The notes under the pieces were generated by a model. That model was not told the DNA's origin. It saw nothing but the letters and a program-made list of their open reading frames with translations, and searched no databases. The position numbers were made by a program, and so were the translations under genes. A stretch of 18,861 bases of DNA, taken from contig JBBTED010000134.1 in assembly GCA_038042445.1 (NCBI GenBank), positions 1 through 18,861 of the forward strand, in the 5' to 3' direction. The first letter of the stretch is position 1, and each line of letters opens with the position of its first letter. Of this stretch, positions 17,162 through 18,861 are shown piece after piece. Origin of the DNA: Candidatus Firestoneibacteriota bacterium (GTDB lineage Bacteria > Oederibacteriota > D2-FULL-39-29 > JBBTED01).

Positions 17162-18418
17162 ATGGATTTGACATTTACAGTAAAATTAGCACTTGAAAAT
17201 CTATCGTTGCACAAATTGCGTTCTTTGTTGACAATGCTTGGTATAATATTTGGAGTGGCAGCACTTATTTCAATGTTATCTATTGCTGCAGGAGCTGAAA
17301 AGAAGACTTTGGAACAAATAAAAACATTAGGGATTGAAAATATAATTTTGAAAAGTATCAAGCCACTTGGAATTAAAAAAACAACAAATAGAGATGTAGA
17401 AAATATTGTTTATGGAATAAAAAGAAAGGATATGAATAGTATAAAAGAAGTTTTTTCAAAAGTTAAAATGGTAGTTCCAATTAAAGAGTTAAATCAGCAA
17501 ATTTACTCCAATTTTCAAAAAAAAGATATAAAAGTTATTGCTACAACAATGGATTATTTGGAAGCCACTAAATCTAAAATTGAAAAAGGAAGATTTTTTA
17601 ATAATATTGATACTACTCAGAATAAACGAGTATGTGTGTTAGGAACAAAAGCAAAACAACAGCTTTTTTCATATCGTGTGTGTTTGGGTGAGTATATCAA
17701 AATTTCAAAAATTTGGTTTAAAGTAATAGGCATTTTTGAAAATACAGCAGACACAAAATCAGCAACGGGTAATGACAGCAACAATTATATTTATATACCA
17801 TATTCCACTGCTATAGTTAATTTTGGAGACAGATATACAAAGCAGGAATCTGGGGTTTCTGAAAGTTCAACAATTGAGATAGATCAATTATATATAACTA
17901 TGCAGTCTTCGGACTATATAGAAGCGGCTGCTGATAGGTTGAAAAGTTATATGCAAAAAATACACAAAAAAACTGATTATGAAATAGTTATTCCATTAGA
18001 TTTATTAAGACAAAAAGAAGCAACACAAAGAACTTTTAGTATTGTTATGGCTACTATTGCCGGTATTTCATTGCTTGTAGGTGGAATAGGAATAATGAAC
18101 ATTATGTTGGCGAATATATATGAAAGAACAAAAGAAATTGGAACAAGAAGGGCATTAGGTGCAAAAAAAACAGATGTTTTAATACAATTTTTAACAGAAG
18201 CTATTTTACTTACAAATGTGGGTGGAATTATAGGAATATTTTTAGGTGTAGGAATAGCATATCTTGTTGTATTTTATGCCAAATGGCCTGTAATTATTCA
18301 ACCATATAGTATTATTTTATCCTTTTTAATTTCTGGAATTATAGGAATAGTATTTGGAACTTATCCAGCATACAAAGCTGCAAATCTAAATCCAATAGAC
18401 GCATTACGATCAGAGTAG
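17162..18418 (+). CDS. MacB/FtsX-family ABC transporter permease (no fused ATPase)
   Basis: KLRSLLTMLGIIFGVAALI, periplasmic core with GRFF...VCVLG, GGIGIMNIMLANIYERTKEIGTRRALGA...QFLTEA, YPAYKAANLNPIDALRSE. Start placed at ATG 17162. Confidence 0.93.
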   Translation: MDLTFTVKLALENLSLHKLRSLLTMLGIIFGVAALISMLSIAAGAEKKTLEQIKTLGIENIILKSIKPLGIKKTTNRDVENIVYGIKRKDMNSIKEVFSKVKMVVPIKELNQQIYSNFQKKDIKVIATTMDYLEATKSKIEKGRFFNNIDTTQNKRVCVLGTKAKQQLFSYRVCLGEYIKISKIWFKVIGIFENTADTKSATGNDSNNYIYIPYSTAIVNFGDRYTKQESGVSESSTIEIDQLYITMQSSDYIEAAADRLKSYMQKIHKKTDYEIVIPLDLLRQKEATQRTFSIVMATIAGISLLVGGIGIMNIMLANIYERTKEIGTRRALGAKKTDVLIQFLTEAILLTNVGGIIGIFLGVGIAYLVVFYAKWPVIIQPYSIILSFLISGIIGIVFGTYPAYKAANLNPIDALRSE

Positions 18419-18455
18419 CAGATTTCAAATTATTACAAAAAAACTTAAAAATAAC

Positions 18456-18484
18456 TTGACAAATGCATTAAAGTGTGCTATAAT
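18456..18484 (+). promoter_or_regulatory. Consensus sigma70 promoter with extended -10
   Basis: TTGACA (18456-18461), 17 bp, TATAAT (18479-18484), preceded by TGC. A-rich UP-like tract upstream. Confidence 0.85.
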
Positions 18485-18493
18485 TATATTAAG

Positions 18494-18861
18494 ATGAGTA
18501 AAAATAAGATAATACGTGCCGAATTAGGAAAAAGGCCTCTAATGAATGAGGAGAGAAGATTTGGAATTCTTGATATTGTAAATACAAAAAAAAGTCGCAC
18601 AGTAAAGGAATTGGCAGAAGAACTCTATGTAGATGGTTCTACTATACGAAAAGATTTGAAAATCCTTCATAAAAAAAATTTGCTTAAAAGAACATTTGGA
18701 GGAGCTGTATCTTCTTCATATCCAGTTACTTATGAACCTGTTCATTTAATTCACAAAGAAGAATTTATAGAATACAAGAAAGCTATTGCATTAAAAGCAG
18801 TTGAGTTTATAAATGAGAATGATACTATTTTTCTTGAGGCAAGCACAACAGTTTTACATTT
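18494..18861 (+). CDS. DeoR/GlpR family transcriptional regulator (3' truncated by the window end; not in the ORF track)
   Basis: Manual translation: MSKNKIIRAELGKRPLMNEERRFGILDIVNTKKSRTVKELAEELYVDGSTIRKDLKILHKKNLLKRTFGGAV...KKAIALKAVEFINENDTIFLEASTT. Alternative start at ATG 18542. Confidence 0.9.
   Translation, partial: MSKNKIIRAELGKRPLMNEERRFGILDIVNTKKSRTVKELAEELYVDGSTIRKDLKILHKKNLLKRTFGGAVSSSYPVTYEPVHLIHKEEFIEYKKAIALKAVEFINENDTIFLEASTTVLH

Overview
AT-rich (roughly 30% GC by eye) chromosomal segment from what is probably a diderm bacterium, since it encodes an outer-membrane secretin. From left to right: the 3' part of a long-form NfeD protease gene and a single-domain response regulator (+). 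A bactofilin / M23-peptidase pair (-). A complete F1Fo ATP synthase operon atpBEFHAGDC (-), headed not by atpI but by a translationally coupled exported TlpA-thioredoxin / UshA-like fusion gene. A small defence/TA islet (+): small ORF plus nucleotidyltransferase, a DUF262/GmrSD-like nuclease, and an MNT-HEPN pair. A minimal secretin, a long membrane-fusion protein and a MacB-type permease, with no TolC or ATPase gene. The 5' part of a DeoR regulator behind a perfect sigma70 promoter. The most unusual signals are two. (1) An atypical ATP synthase: subunit c has a ~43-aa C-terminal coiled-coil tail and an AxAxAQG motif, subunit a has the alkaliphile-type Lys/Gly pair, and epsilon lacks its C-terminal domain. 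(2) A secretin-MFP-MacB cluster that could be a non-canonical tripartite export system. Several families of palindromic REP-like repeats occupy almost every intergenic gap of the atp operon. All calls come from motif recognition by eye; no database searches were run.
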